A stretch of DNA of 53,296 nt from a virus (lineage: Duplodnaviria; Caudoviricetes), in the IMG/VR virus record IMGVR_UViG_3300049484_000358, positions 1 through 53,296 of that record; one strand, given 5' to 3'. How positions within the stretch are numbered: the first letter of the stretch is position 1; each line of letters opens with the position of its first letter. The notes below the pieces were generated by a model. It did no database searches, was not told the origin of the DNA, and saw nothing but the letters and a program-made list of their open reading frames with translations. Positions 20,400-29,876 of the stretch are shown one piece after another. Position numbers and translations under genes: made by a program.

Positions 20400-20435
20400 C
20401 AAACAACCAATTTGTAAAAGTGGAGAGTTCAACCA

Positions 20436-21761
20436 ATGACCATTTATGAAGGACCAATTCCGCAGGAACTATTGCTAAAGCAACGGGAGAACTACGAAAA
20501 AACGCCGGGTCCCGTGCGCGCAATGGTTTTGAATGTAATAAGTGGAACCGGTTATTACAGAACCACTCCTACACTCTTTGATATCAGCCATTGGAATGCC
20601 GAAATTGTAAACGGTGTTGCAATACCAACCACTGACTTTGCATATTGGGCGAAGTTCAAAGAATACTTCGGCGTCTACATAAAATGCGGTGAAGCTTATG
20701 GCACTGCTACCTGGCGTGATAAAACCTCCGATGGCTGGTACGATAAATTGTATGACCAACATCTCGACATGGCGTACAAAGTCGGCAGCTGGATTGCGCC
20801 GTACATTATGTATGAACCAGCCTGGTTCATAAATCGTGGCATTAGTCGCGATGGTGTAAGCAATATGTTCAAGGGTGCAACAAATGACATCATTGCATTA
20901 CAACTGCTGGATGATCCTAACATCGCCATCATCGTCAGACAAACAGTAATGGGCATTGGCCGTGCTATAACCGCTGCAAAAATGCGTAGCTATCCAAAAT
21001 CCATTGTTGATGCGTTAGTCATCGACTTAGAAAAATGGTATACAACGACTGGTGCAGTAGTGGCTGACAACCAAATGGCATTTGCTTTACGCAATACCAT
21101 AGACGGACTGCGATGGTTAATGGTTCATGGGTACTTAAAATACGTACCGATTATCATCTACACGTCTAATTGGTTCCTCACTACTTATGGTAATAAAGAA
21201 ACCCGGCAGGTGTGTGACGAAAACATTTGCATATGCGCAGGCTACTATTGGAACCCCGCCGTGCTCGGTACAAAACCTGTAACATTCGAACAACTACTGG
21301 CTGATTTGGGAACCATTCCAAATAACTGGCACCCCACTTACATCGGTAAAGAAGTATTTGCACTGCAGGTATCCGGTGATTATTTCAAAATGTTTAACAC
21401 AGCGCAAGACATCAACTGCGTAAAGAAAACGTGGGCGGAACTTGAAGCTATGTTCCCAATGTGGAAAGCACGTCGTGACGCCTATAACAATGGAACAGTA
21501 CCAGAACCACCAGCACCAGTCCCAACTAAAACAGTGGCTCGCGCTAAAAATACTGCAGTGAATATGCGCCGCGGCGTGGGTGCCACACTCACAAACCCCG
21601 CTATCGGACAATTGTTCAAAGGTGTTCCTGCCGATGTAATCAAAACGGAAACCCTGCTGAACGGCGACGTGTGGGGATTAATGGTGCCGCAGCAGCCGAT
21701 CTGGATGTGCATCAAACAAGGAAACACGGTAATAATGACCATTACTGAGGAACCCAAATAA
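20436..21761 (+). CDS. Endolysin, GH25-like catalytic domain plus SH3b-like C-terminus
   Basis: DISHWN, YIK.GE, IDLE, PIIIYT motifs; VNMRRG...IG.L..G..W C-terminal domain. Confidence 0.75.
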   Translation: MTIYEGPIPQELLLKQRENYEKTPGPVRAMVLNVISGTGYYRTTPTLFDISHWNAEIVNGVAIPTTDFAYWAKFKEYFGVYIKCGEAYGTATWRDKTSDGWYDKLYDQHLDMAYKVGSWIAPYIMYEPAWFINRGISRDGVSNMFKGATNDIIALQLLDDPNIAIIVRQTVMGIGRAITAAKMRSYPKSIVDALVIDLEKWYTTTGAVVADNQMAFALRNTIDGLRWLMVHGYLKYVPIIIYTSNWFLTTYGNKETRQVCDENICICAGYYWNPAVLGTKPVTFEQLLADLGTIPNNWHPTYIGKEVFALQVSGDYFKMFNTAQDINCVKKTWAELEAMFPMWKARRDAYNNGTVPEPPAPVPTKTVARAKNTAVNMRRGVGATLTNPAIGQLFKGVPADVIKTETLLNGDVWGLMVPQQPIWMCIKQGNTVIMTITEEPK

Positions 21762-22150
21762 TGCCGACATTTTTTGTTTCAAGATCAATAACACCACAAG
21801 ACGTCGTGCAATTAATAACATTGATACTCGCTTGCGTAGTACTATTTTATGAATACAAATGGCGAAGACTGCACCCAGACAAGTTGTACTATTCAGAACC
21901 AACTGTATGGGTGCTGATACATCACATCGTATACTATGTGTGCGTGCTATTCCTATACAACATCACGGTGATACACGAATTTAAAGATATGTCTGTGCCA
22001 CTTTTGTTTTCATACTGGAGTGCTATTTTAAGACTGCACACAGTGATATTTTTCGGGATCATGGTATATGGTAGATTAAAATACGATCAAAAACCTTTAT
22101 CCATAACAAAACCGTTGCAAATACTTAAAGATAAGGTTGATCAACAATGA
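21761..22150 (+). CDS. Membrane protein (3 TM), holin candidate
   Basis: Hydrophobic segments; coupled to the endolysin gene. Confidence 0.5.
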   Translation: MPTFFVSRSITPQDVVQLITLILACVVLFYEYKWRRLHPDKLYYSEPTVWVLIHHIVYYVCVLFLYNITVIHEFKDMSVPLLFSYWSAILRLHTVIFFGIMVYGRLKYDQKPLSITKPLQILKDKVDQQ

Positions 22151-22563
22151 CATTCTGGCAGACTATTTTAATAACACTTGTGGCAGGGGTACTTGCATCT
22201 ATTCCAAGCGCTATGATGTTTATTGGCGGAAAGAAAAGAGAAGCTGCAACTGCTAAAAAGACAGAAGCCGATTACGCCGATCAGATCATCAAGACGGCTA
22301 TGGTATTAATTACACCTCTAGAAGCACGAATTGCAGTACTAGAGAAAGAACTAAAAATGGAACAAGAATACCGGAAAATGCTGGTTAAAAGTTATGAAAA
22401 TCATGTTGCTTATCTTTTGGATGGCATATCTAAATTGATACAGCAGTTGGTTGATAACGGCATAGCACCTGTATGGAGACCTGAGAAAATGGCACTTACA
22501 CCAATGCCAGATTTTCCACTGGAGAACGATATCGACAATAGTGCAAAAAATGTTAAACCATAA
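22147..22563 (+). CDS. N-anchored coiled-coil membrane protein (lysis accessory)
   Basis: One TM segment followed by coiled coil. Confidence 0.5.
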   Translation: MTFWQTILITLVAGVLASIPSAMMFIGGKKREAATAKKTEADYADQIIKTAMVLITPLEARIAVLEKELKMEQEYRKMLVKSYENHVAYLLDGISKLIQQLVDNGIAPVWRPEKMALTPMPDFPLENDIDNSAKNVKP

Positions 22564-22625
22564 TGCGCATTAAATAAAACGGCGCTGTTTAATAACAGTT
22601 CCAAAATGACCAACAGGAGAATGAA

Positions 22626-23093
22626 ATGATACGAAGACTTTCGAATTCAATTACTCGTCCAAATGACACCGCCCAGTACACAGCAGGGGATGTCATCGGC
22701 ACTGCCGCTACCCACATCATCGCTCTTCAAAATAACATTGAAGGTGTTGGTGTTGAGAAAGCGGTATACCGCGCCACTCTCACCTGCAGTGCTGCACCTG
22801 CAACCCTGCCGTCGTTGGAAGTATGGTTGTTTCACACTGCACCTGCTGCACAAGCTGATAATGAAGCTTTTGCGGTAACCGACGCCGAAATTTTGAACGT
22901 AATTGGTGTCATGCCGCTTACTACTACTTATGTCGGTCTTGCCTCTGGCAACCACATTCAGCAGTCTGATAATTCCATTCTTACATGGAAATCACCTACT
23001 GGTTTCCAAAACCTATTTGCTGTTTTGGTTGTACGGAATGCCTATACACCGACAGCTCTTGAAGTGTACAACCTTTCGATAGATTTTGAATAG
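22626..23093 (+). CDS. Putative virion structural protein
   Basis: ITRPNDT..YTAGDVIG motif; RBS AGGAG. Confidence 0.5.
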   Translation: MIRRLSNSITRPNDTAQYTAGDVIGTAATHIIALQNNIEGVGVEKAVYRATLTCSAAPATLPSLEVWLFHTAPAAQADNEAFAVTDAEILNVIGVMPLTTTYVGLASGNHIQQSDNSILTWKSPTGFQNLFAVLVVRNAYTPTALEVYNLSIDFE

Positions 23094-23152
23094 TGCGTAA
23101 AGCACTAATAACTAAACTTGGAGAAATTCGAGTACCGTTCACGGAGGACTAA

Positions 23153-23509
23153 ATGATTGAAGTAAATTTGACTGCTGCATTGGTGATCTCCATTGTAAGT
23201 TCATTGCTCTCGGTGGCATTCACCTGGTTCCCCAAACTCAATACCTGGTATGCCGCCAAAGAGAAAGATGCCAAATCCAGCCTTATGCTGGGTCTAATTG
23301 TTACCACCACCGTGATCATCATTGGTCTTGGTTGTTTCAACATCATCAACGTCTCGGGGTTGACATGCAACTCCCAGGGTCTAACCAACATCGCCATAAA
23401 CATTATTGTTGGTCTCGTCGGTGGAATGCAATCTAACCAAGGCGTATACGGTTTGACCAAGAACCTGGCGCCACAAAGTGTCAAAGCGCTGAAATCACCA
23501 GTGGGTTAA
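23153..23509 (+). CDS. Holin-like membrane protein (3 TM)
   Basis: Three hydrophobic helices, basic C-terminus; RBS GGAGG. Confidence 0.55.
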   Translation: MIEVNLTAALVISIVSSLLSVAFTWFPKLNTWYAAKEKDAKSSLMLGLIVTTTVIIIGLGCFNIINVSGLTCNSQGLTNIAINIIVGLVGGMQSNQGVYGLTKNLAPQSVKALKSPVG

Positions 23510-23516
23510 ACTAATA

Positions 23517-23546
23517 AACCCGCCGTTCAAATTTTAACGGCGGGTT
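23517..23546 (+). terminator. Stem-loop after the holin-like gene
   Basis: AACCCGCCGTT...AACGGCGGGTT. Confidence 0.55.
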
Positions 23547-23600
23547 AAACTGTTTTGAAATTTGGATTGTAATTGATTAAAAATATGGTAAGGTTATAAA

Positions 23601-23771
23601 ATGAAACGATCTATAATGGTGGTACTTATGAATGAAATCTTGTTTATCGTTCTTCTTACGCAAACAGTAGGAATCACCACCACCAAAACGTTAGGGCGAA
23701 ATGTTACTGCTACAATCCAGAGTGGTGAAACTGTAACCATTTCAGATGGTGTAACCCTCACGATCACATAA
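23601..23771 (+). CDS. Small tail-fibre-module protein (56 aa), not in ORF track
   Basis: Ends TIQSGETVTISDGVTLTIT, directly before a MSTLKVNTI protein. Confidence 0.45.
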   Translation: MKRSIMVVLMNEILFIVLLTQTVGITTTKTLGRNVTATIQSGETVTISDGVTLTIT

Positions 23772-23783
23772 AGGAATAAAACA

Positions 23784-24695
23784 ATGTCAACACTAAAAGT
23801 AAACACAATCACAGAGACAACATCTGGCGCGGGGGTGACGGTTGAGGGGGTGCTGCTGAAAGACGGCATCATCTCCGCCGATACGATCAACGAAAAAACG
23901 TCCAACGCGGGGGTGACGGCTGAGGGGGTGCTGCTCAAAGATAATTACATAGATTTACCAGCAACGGGGGGACTTCGCCTAAAAGGAAATGTAGCCGATT
24001 ATATATTTTGTCAGGCTCCAGCGACGTTCAACGGGGTGCAAGACGATGTGAGTATGTGGGCATACAATATGGTTGGCGGTGGAGATATTGGACGGGTTGA
24101 TGCAAGCAAGCAACAGCTAAAACTTCAGTTTGAATCAGACTATTTCGATGGATCTATCCATTGGGCAGAATTTCTGTTAGATAGATTTGACGTAACAACA
24201 CAACGATTTACGCGCTACATGGGTTTAGGTGTTCATCATGGAGATGAAAGTAATGATTGGTGGTTCCGGGTTATTGACAATCCATTGGGGACGGAAGGTG
24301 TTTTTTCGATAACCAATATAGATACGTCATCATCGTATATTTTTAAGCCCGCCAAAACACATCGACGTTTTATGAATTTTCGTTTTGCGGGTGGTGATGA
24401 AGATAATTTTCAGATGGGATATTTTGGCGACGACATCCCGTATAGATTTGTAATCGGCCCGCGTGCTATGACAGATGCGCCGCTCATCATAAACCAAAAC
24501 AATAATGTAGTGGTTGGCTCCTATACTGACGGGATGACTGATGGTGGAAGTCTAGCGGTTACACAGGACTTCGCCCACCGGGGCAGCAAGGCGGGATTTT
24601 TCAACACAGCGCCGCAAAACAAGCCGACTGGAGTAGCGGTTAGCGCGGCGGGCATCCACGCGGCGCTGGTAACGTTGGGATTGATTGCGGCATAG
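23784..24695 (+). CDS. Tail fibre / receptor-binding protein
   Basis: MSTLKVNTI start; two 26-aa repeats (AGVT.EGVLLKD); GFF..P...L..LGLI end. Confidence 0.6.
   Translation: MSTLKVNTITETTSGAGVTVEGVLLKDGIISADTINEKTSNAGVTAEGVLLKDNYIDLPATGGLRLKGNVADYIFCQAPATFNGVQDDVSMWAYNMVGGGDIGRVDASKQQLKLQFESDYFDGSIHWAEFLLDRFDVTTQRFTRYMGLGVHHGDESNDWWFRVIDNPLGTEGVFSITNIDTSSSYIFKPAKTHRRFMNFRFAGGDEDNFQMGYFGDDIPYRFVIGPRAMTDAPLIINQNNNVVVGSYTDGMTDGGSLAVTQDFAHRGSKAGFFNTAPQNKPTGVAVSAAGIHAALVTLGLIAA
23828..23941 (+). repeat. 78-nt-period tandem duplication inside the fibre gene
   Basis: cgcgggggtgacggNtgagggggtgctgctNaaaga at 23828 and 23906. Confidence 0.85.
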
Positions 24696-24723
24696 TACTG
24701 GACGGGCCAGCATGGGAGATCAC

Positions 24724-24921
24724 ATGATAGACGAAAAAATTGTAACGACGCTGCGCAAAAAATACAGGCTGTTCGTTGAGAAATCCAACGAGGCGCGGAT
24801 GGTAATGGCACAAATCCAGGCAATTTGTGAAGTGGCGGAGTTGACGCCGGAGCAGGCTAACGAGATATTGGGGGTGGAGTTGTTTACCAACGCGAAAGAG
24901 GATCGAGATGAACAAAAATAA
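24724..24921 (+). CDS. Hypothetical protein (65 aa)
   Basis: RBS GGAGA, ATG 24724, overlaps the next gene. Confidence 0.55.
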   Translation: MIDEKIVTTLRKKYRLFVEKSNEARMVMAQIQAICEVAELTPEQANEILGVELFTNAKEDRDEQK

Positions 24922-26245
24922 AATCGTCGCTCTTTTTGGTTCTGCACCAACAGCACCAGCACCTCCGGAAATCCCCTGGTATCTTGCCGGAGGTGTTCCG
25001 GAAGAGAATTGCTTGGCGGCATTCAATGGCATTGGTGCCAGAGACATCACGGAAGCTCTTACAAATCTGACTGGAAAATCTGGTGCAATTGTTACTGGTG
25101 ATTGGAATAACACGAATTACCTGGGTGCACTTGTTACCAATATTCCATTTACTCAAGAAATGTCTTTGCTTCTACGCTGTCATTGGAATAGAAGTTGGTT
25201 TCCGGTCCTTCTAAGGGGAGACATTCCTGTAGAACCTGATTCTGTATATCTAATGCTGGCGGTGGATTATAAAGCAGGATTTTCTACTATCAGATATGGT
25301 TCTGAATATCAGTATATTCCGGGAACCACCTGGACAAGTGCCAACATATTCACTTTGACTAGTTCTTTATTTAGAGTAGACTCCGTGCTTCAAACAGATA
25401 CGTTAGGTGCTCCTATTGCGTATACAAATATCTATCCAAATTTAGCGATAGGTTATTCTGCCTATGTAGACAACGAACAAGCAACCAGCTACACTATTCT
25501 TCCTTTAGATCAGCTTTCGATAGAAGCATTCGCGGTATACGATATTGATATAGCTCCTTATGCTCTCGATCTGGAAACTGCGATTTCAGAACTAACTGTT
25601 CCTGATCCCACAAGTTTTTGGTTTTATACACCTAGTGCAACTTGCATAGGAGCATATAAAGCTATTGGAGCTGATCCTACATATTCTATATACAACCTAG
25701 TCAATTATTATGAATATACACTAGCTGCCGCTGGAGAAAATGGATTTGACGTAGACCCAATCAACGGCTTTAGGCCTCTAGTGGACGGAATGTTAGCTGT
25801 AACTGGCATGCGATTTACAGATAATATGTCTTTGTTACTCCGAATTGGTGCCTCTGGTGAATGGGGGCAATATCTGTATCTTGCAAATTCTGGGCAGTAT
25901 TCCATCTTAAGTAATTTAAAATTTGATACTACATCAGCGAAGTATGGGAATATGGATGGTGCTATATTCGCTGGACGAATTCAGTCAAACGACATTATAG
26001 TATATACACCATCAGGGTTCATGATAAATGGAGTTTTAAAAGTAGATGGGTACGGGACACTTGTTCCATCTTCTCCCAATCCATTCCTTGCGTTTTTCGG
26101 ATATAGCGCCGTTACCAGTGAGGACATTTCAACGCTCACTCCTAATATGTACATGAACTTCAATATTCTAGCGTTCGCTGTGTATGAAGGTGATATTCTT
26201 TCTGACGGAGTAGCATTGAGTAATGCAATAGGAGCTTTAACATGA
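24908..26245 (+). CDS. Protein with two repeated LamG/ConA-like domains (putative adhesin/RBP)
   Basis: Duplicated C..A(F/Y)..IGA...NL, FT..MSLLLR and I.AFAVY..DI segments. Confidence 0.55.
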   Translation: MNKNKIVALFGSAPTAPAPPEIPWYLAGGVPEENCLAAFNGIGARDITEALTNLTGKSGAIVTGDWNNTNYLGALVTNIPFTQEMSLLLRCHWNRSWFPVLLRGDIPVEPDSVYLMLAVDYKAGFSTIRYGSEYQYIPGTTWTSANIFTLTSSLFRVDSVLQTDTLGAPIAYTNIYPNLAIGYSAYVDNEQATSYTILPLDQLSIEAFAVYDIDIAPYALDLETAISELTVPDPTSFWFYTPSATCIGAYKAIGADPTYSIYNLVNYYEYTLAAAGENGFDVDPINGFRPLVDGMLAVTGMRFTDNMSLLLRIGASGEWGQYLYLANSGQYSILSNLKFDTTSAKYGNMDGAIFAGRIQSNDIIVYTPSGFMINGVLKVDGYGTLVPSSPNPFLAFFGYSAVTSEDISTLTPNMYMNFNILAFAVYEGDILSDGVALSNAIGALT

Positions 26246-26907
26246 TTTATGCAATTTGTTCTACCAATAGAACTGGATCATCGCTACTGTGCGAAATCCT
26301 GATGAATTCTGGCATTGCTGGCTATCCTGCGGATTTCACCAGCAGCCTCCACCTGGATCATTTCCTTCCAGAGTGCAAGCCTGTTAAACCTCTTACAAAA
26401 CAGGTTGTGATCGAATTGATGCAGAAATATTCGACAAATGGAGTGTTTGGCATAAAGGTGCCATTTGTGGCCTATCAAGATGAGATAAAGTCAAACACCC
26501 TGCTGGACATCTTTCCAGAGAAGCCGAAATTCATATACACCCATAGGAAAGATAAGCTGGATCAGGCAATATCTTCCCTGATTGCAGTTCAAAGTGGTAA
26601 ATACTACTCGTTTCAAAGTGCGCCGCTTCCTTCTTTTCAGTCGTATTCAAAAAAGAATATTGACACATTCCTGAACATTATCAATACTCAAGAGGAAGTA
26701 TGGGAGAAATGGTTCAACGCAAATGACATAAAGCCATTGCGAATATCGTATGAGGAACTTGAAGCTGATCCCTCCAAAACAGTGGGCAAAGTGCTTCAAT
26801 ACCTTGATATTGACGTTGCGGATTTTGCCATGCCTTCTACCAAACTTAGGAAGCAAGCGAATGAAGTCAACAACGAGTGGAAGCACAGATATGAGAGTGG
26901 TGAATGA
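26242..26907 (+). CDS. Stf0-family sulfotransferase
   Basis: YAICST.RTGSSLLC.IL..SG.AG.P, TNGVFGIK, R.D.L.QAIS, W..WF....I.PL.I.YEEL, L.KQA. Confidence 0.9.
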   Translation: MIYAICSTNRTGSSLLCEILMNSGIAGYPADFTSSLHLDHFLPECKPVKPLTKQVVIELMQKYSTNGVFGIKVPFVAYQDEIKSNTLLDIFPEKPKFIYTHRKDKLDQAISSLIAVQSGKYYSFQSAPLPSFQSYSKKNIDTFLNIINTQEEVWEKWFNANDIKPLRISYEELEADPSKTVGKVLQYLDIDVADFAMPSTKLRKQANEVNNEWKHRYESGE

Positions 26908-27074
26908 GATCGTGGTTGATTGTGGTTATGGTGGCATTGTGTGGATGTACTTCGGCATTAGCATCTACACCGACTCCACTGCCAACTCGATGGTGCGAAC
27001 CAGTGGGATGCCACATACCCACAGAATACCCTAGGTACCATATATATTTTCCGCTGATATTAAAAAACCATTAA
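26904..27074 (+). CDS. Small lipoprotein with PT linker and Chloroflexi-type YLPLI tail (56 aa), not in ORF track
   Basis: MRSWLIVVMVALCGCTSALASTPTPLPT...YHIYFPLILKNH; ATGA overlap with the Stf0 stop. Confidence 0.7.
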   Translation: MRSWLIVVMVALCGCTSALASTPTPLPTRWCEPVGCHIPTEYPRYHIYFPLILKNH

Positions 27075-27095
27075 ACTTATCGCCTAATGGTTTTT
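27063..27095. terminator. Putative bidirectional terminator at the convergence of the arms
   Basis: AAAAACCATTA...TAATGGTTTTT. Confidence 0.5.
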
Positions 27096-27119
27096 ACTCC
27101 GACAAAACAAACCCCCTGC

Positions 27120-27746
27120 CTATGTCGTTGAGAGCAGTTCGTTAACCTGACGTACCCATTCATATGTATTAAATGATACGTCATTTGGATAAGCTGCTGT
27201 GGTTGATGGAGTCATTCGAACTATATGACTAACCATTGCAGCCAGCAGGTTTTCCATGGCCATGGTCTTAGACTGATCTTCATAAATTCGCTGGCGCAAA
27301 TACACTGCTAAGTCGAGAACTTCTTGGTATGCATCCACCAAAGCATTGCGTCCATTAAAACCCTGTGGGGGTGATCCATATTTCTTGGTACCCATTTCAT
27401 CGCGGGCTTTCATGTCATTGATAACCAATTCCCAAATGGGAGTGTTACCATTGTGCACCGGTTTTGGTTCGCTTTTATTTGGATCAAAAAAATTATCACC
27501 TTGTGGATATGTTGGCATGTCAATCTCCATTGTTGTTTGTATCATTTCTGCAGTCACGCGGGCGCATTGTGGGATAAGCTCATCGATGCGGGCAGTCAAC
27601 AGGTCCGCGCGTGTTCGTTCTGCCAATATAGTGTTGAGCAACAATTCGACATCGTTTGGCGAGAGCTTCATGAAGTTCTGGTCAGCTTCACGGGCCTTCT
27701 TCTGGCGGTTCCAAAACTTTTGTTCGGTGTAAAGTAGTTCGCTCAC
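27120..27746 (-). CDS. Protein with all-alpha NTP-pyrophosphatase (MazG-like) C-terminal domain; internal RBS/ATG at 27518
   Basis: R...G.KKYG....NGR.AL.DAYQE.LD.AVYL. Confidence 0.55.
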   Translation of the reverse strand: MSELLYTEQKFWNRQKKAREADQNFMKLSPNDVELLLNTILAERTRADLLTARIDELIPQCARVTAEMIQTTMEIDMPTYPQGDNFFDPNKSEPKPVHNGNTPIWELVINDMKARDEMGTKKYGSPPQGFNGRNALVDAYQEVLDLAVYLRQRIYEDQSKTMAMENLLAAMVSHIVRMTPSTTAAYPNDVSFNTYEWVRQVNELLSTT

Positions 27747-28147
27747 AGATCACCTCCCTCTACTGCCTGGCCGTCCTGGGGCGGTTCGGGTAATGGCCGC
27801 CAGTGGGTAATATCACAACTTACGTCGTCTACCCAATCTAACCATTCTCCATTTTGATAGTATGCTTCACCATCAAACCACGGTCCTAATGCCAAAGTTC
27901 TAATTTCATTTTCAGGCAACCTTTCCCCTACGGGTATCCACCTGTTCGCCTCCCTCAGCGCATCCCTCTCCGCTTTGACGGTGGCGAGTTGTATGGTGAA
28001 CCTGTCGATGGTTGAGTTCAGGCTGGATACAACCTTGATGTATGCGTCTCGCTCATTGGTTATGGTGGCAAGTTCGGCGCGGAGGGCATCATAAGCGGTT
28101 CGACTCATACTCACGAAACTTGCTGTCAATTTGTACTCGTCGCTCAT
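27743..28147 (-). CDS. DUF551-domain protein
   Basis: WIPV.ERLPE ... ITHW.PLPEPP. Confidence 0.8.
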   Translation of the reverse strand: MSDEYKLTASFVSMSRTAYDALRAELATITNERDAYIKVVSSLNSTIDRFTIQLATVKAERDALREANRWIPVGERLPENEIRTLALGPWFDGEAYYQNGEWLDWVDDVSCDITHWRPLPEPPQDGQAVEGGDL

Positions 28148-28156
28148 TTTTTGCTC

Positions 28157-28363
28157 CTATGTATGATATGTAACCAATCGAAAAATTTCTTCCCAGTGTT
28201 TACCACATACACCGCAGGTACATTTGCGGTACAGCAGTGGTTTCGTTTCATCTTCCCTAAAAATGCGTGACCACACTAGTTGAATACCTTTGCAATAAGG
28301 ACAGCACTGTCCTTGCCGTTGTACGTATTCTCTTGGAGTCAATAAAATTTCATCTTTATCCAT
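28157..28363 (-). CDS. Small Zn-ribbon protein
   Basis: CPYC ... C..CG..W. Confidence 0.6.
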   Translation of the reverse strand: MDKDEILLTPREYVQRQGQCCPYCKGIQLVWSRIFREDETKPLLYRKCTCGVCGKHWEEIFRLVTYHT

Positions 28364-28483
28364 GATACGGTTATCCTTTTGTGTTCTTTGAACTGTTCAG
28401 GTACTGACCAAGGTTACAGGCTAGGAACCAAGGTTATTGTTTATAAACTGTATTTTTAATAAGGCCTAACCTGAGCTGTTCTG

Positions 28484-28738
28484 TTAACGCTTAAGCGGCG
28501 TGTAACCTGAATACTGATGTAATTCGGCTTCATACCCTGCCGATCCTGGTTGATTGTTCATGATATGGTAATTCATTCTATTACCATTGTCTAACAACTG
28601 TATCAATATCTGACGTTTTGGATACCGTTTGGCAAGAAAAATAATTTCCCGTCTAATGCCTTTTGGTAATTCCATGTCACACCAGTGCCTTTGCATTTTT
28701 AGCTTTATGCCGTTTACGGATTCTTTTATCCCGGGCAA
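28484..28738 (-). CDS. Hypothetical protein (start uncertain)
   Basis: ORF in the gene chain. Confidence 0.35.
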   Translation of the reverse strand: MPGIKESVNGIKLKMQRHWCDMELPKGIRREIIFLAKRYPKRQILIQLLDNGNRMNYHIMNNQPGSAGYEAELHQYSGYTPLKR

Positions 28739-28922
28739 ATAAGAAGGGCCGATTTTCTTTGAGATTTATGGTAAGATACCCAGCTGCAGTGGTTCTAGTC
28801 TTTAGTACCACGGTATGTGTAGCAGGTTCATAATCCACGATATCAAACGTTTTAGCGGTGTCTTCCGGTTTAAATTTTATGCGGACTACATCACCGATTG
28901 TTGGTGTATATACACTCATCAT
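28677..28922 (-). CDS. Hypothetical protein
   Basis: RBS GAGGA; overlaps the upstream stop. Confidence 0.55.
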   Translation of the reverse strand: MMSVYTPTIGDVVRIKFKPEDTAKTFDIVDYEPATHTVVLKTRTTAAGYLTINLKENRPFLFARDKRIRKRHKAKNAKALV

Positions 28923-29134
28923 TTGTTAATCCTCATTTTATCTTGCAGCATTTTGATAACACCTGCTTGGTTTTCAATTCGTTCGAGTGCATCTTTCAAT
29001 TCAGTAACGGCATCTTCTGCAATTTGTTTATATATTCGTTGTCCATGTTCGGCGCGCACAAGGCGGATGACCAGCAGGGTAACAATGATGATTATAACTA
29101 CATCCGTTATTTTCATTGCCGTTTGCCTGCGCAC
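28919..29134 (-). CDS. Membrane-anchored coiled-coil protein
   Basis: One TM segment plus coiled coil. Confidence 0.5.
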   Translation of the reverse strand: MRRQTAMKITDVVIIIIVTLLVIRLVRAEHGQRIYKQIAEDAVTELKDALERIENQAGVIKMLQDKMRINK

Positions 29135-29868
29135 TCAGAATAAATCGGACACTCTGCCCCGCAGTACATAGACAGTGGATTTGCACGGAACCGTGCCTCA
29201 GCGATATCCTGCCAAACTCCACGTACGATCTCTTCTATAAAGAGTAGTTCAGCGGGATCTCGTTTTGTTTCGAAAATTTCAAACCTGGGGTTCTTTGTTT
29301 TGGTTATGACCAAATGACGGAACGTCATATTATGATTAGTCATACCAAGCTGGTTCAACGCCGATAGATAAACCAAAGGTTGTAGTTCTTTAGCGGCTTT
29401 ATCAGCATACCACATCTTACCTGCAGTTTTGAAATCCCATGGTATGCCGTCATCCGCTAAGCAGTCAATAAATCCGATGACACCTGGAACATCATCAAGT
29501 TTCCACTCAAACTTAAACTCAATTGCAGGTGTATCATTTACCACTGCTGGTGTGATTTGGTCTACGGTGGACTGCAGGTCTGTTTCAAATATTCGTACTC
29601 CCGTTTCAAAACAAACTTCTGGAGTTTCCTCCCAAATGGTTTGCTTCCACGCTGAATTCTTTTCGGCTTCTTTCCAAGCAATCGGCCACAGTTCCGCCAT
29701 GTCTCTTGACTTGTCACGAATCCGCTGTTCAAGTACCGAGTGAACAGCGGAACCAAAAATAAGGGCTTCGCCCAAAGGACCCTGCAGGTTTCGTCTATAC
29801 TTAGCCTGCCATCGTTTACTGCAGTCCAAAAATAAGGTGATCTGAGAATAACTTAAATGGATTGACAT
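29113..29868 (-). CDS. Cas4/AddB-like PD-(D/E)XK exonuclease with 4-Cys Fe-S motif
   Basis: LSYSQI..F.DC, FGSAVH, G.ID, DFKT, Q...Y, C...CP...C. Confidence 0.85.
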   Translation of the reverse strand: MSIHLSYSQITLFLDCSKRWQAKYRRNLQGPLGEALIFGSAVHSVLEQRIRDKSRDMAELWPIAWKEAEKNSAWKQTIWEETPEVCFETGVRIFETDLQSTVDQITPAVVNDTPAIEFKFEWKLDDVPGVIGFIDCLADDGIPWDFKTAGKMWYADKAAKELQPLVYLSALNQLGMTNHNMTFRHLVITKTKNPRFEIFETKRDPAELLFIEEIVRGVWQDIAEARFRANPLSMYCGAECPIYSECAGKRQ

Positions 29869-29876
29869 TATACCTC

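Noticed and set aside
23828-23941. Near-identical repeats as a DGR template/variable pair
   Set aside because: In-frame adjacent tandem repeat, differences not adenine-specific, and no reverse transcriptase in the genome.
28407-28436. ACCAAGGTTA direct repeat in a short intergenic gap
   Set aside because: Only two 10-bp copies with no further context; too weak to call.
29113-29868. Cas4-like nuclease as part of a CRISPR system
   Set aside because: No repeat-spacer array or other cas genes; solo Cas4-like exonucleases are common in phage replication modules.
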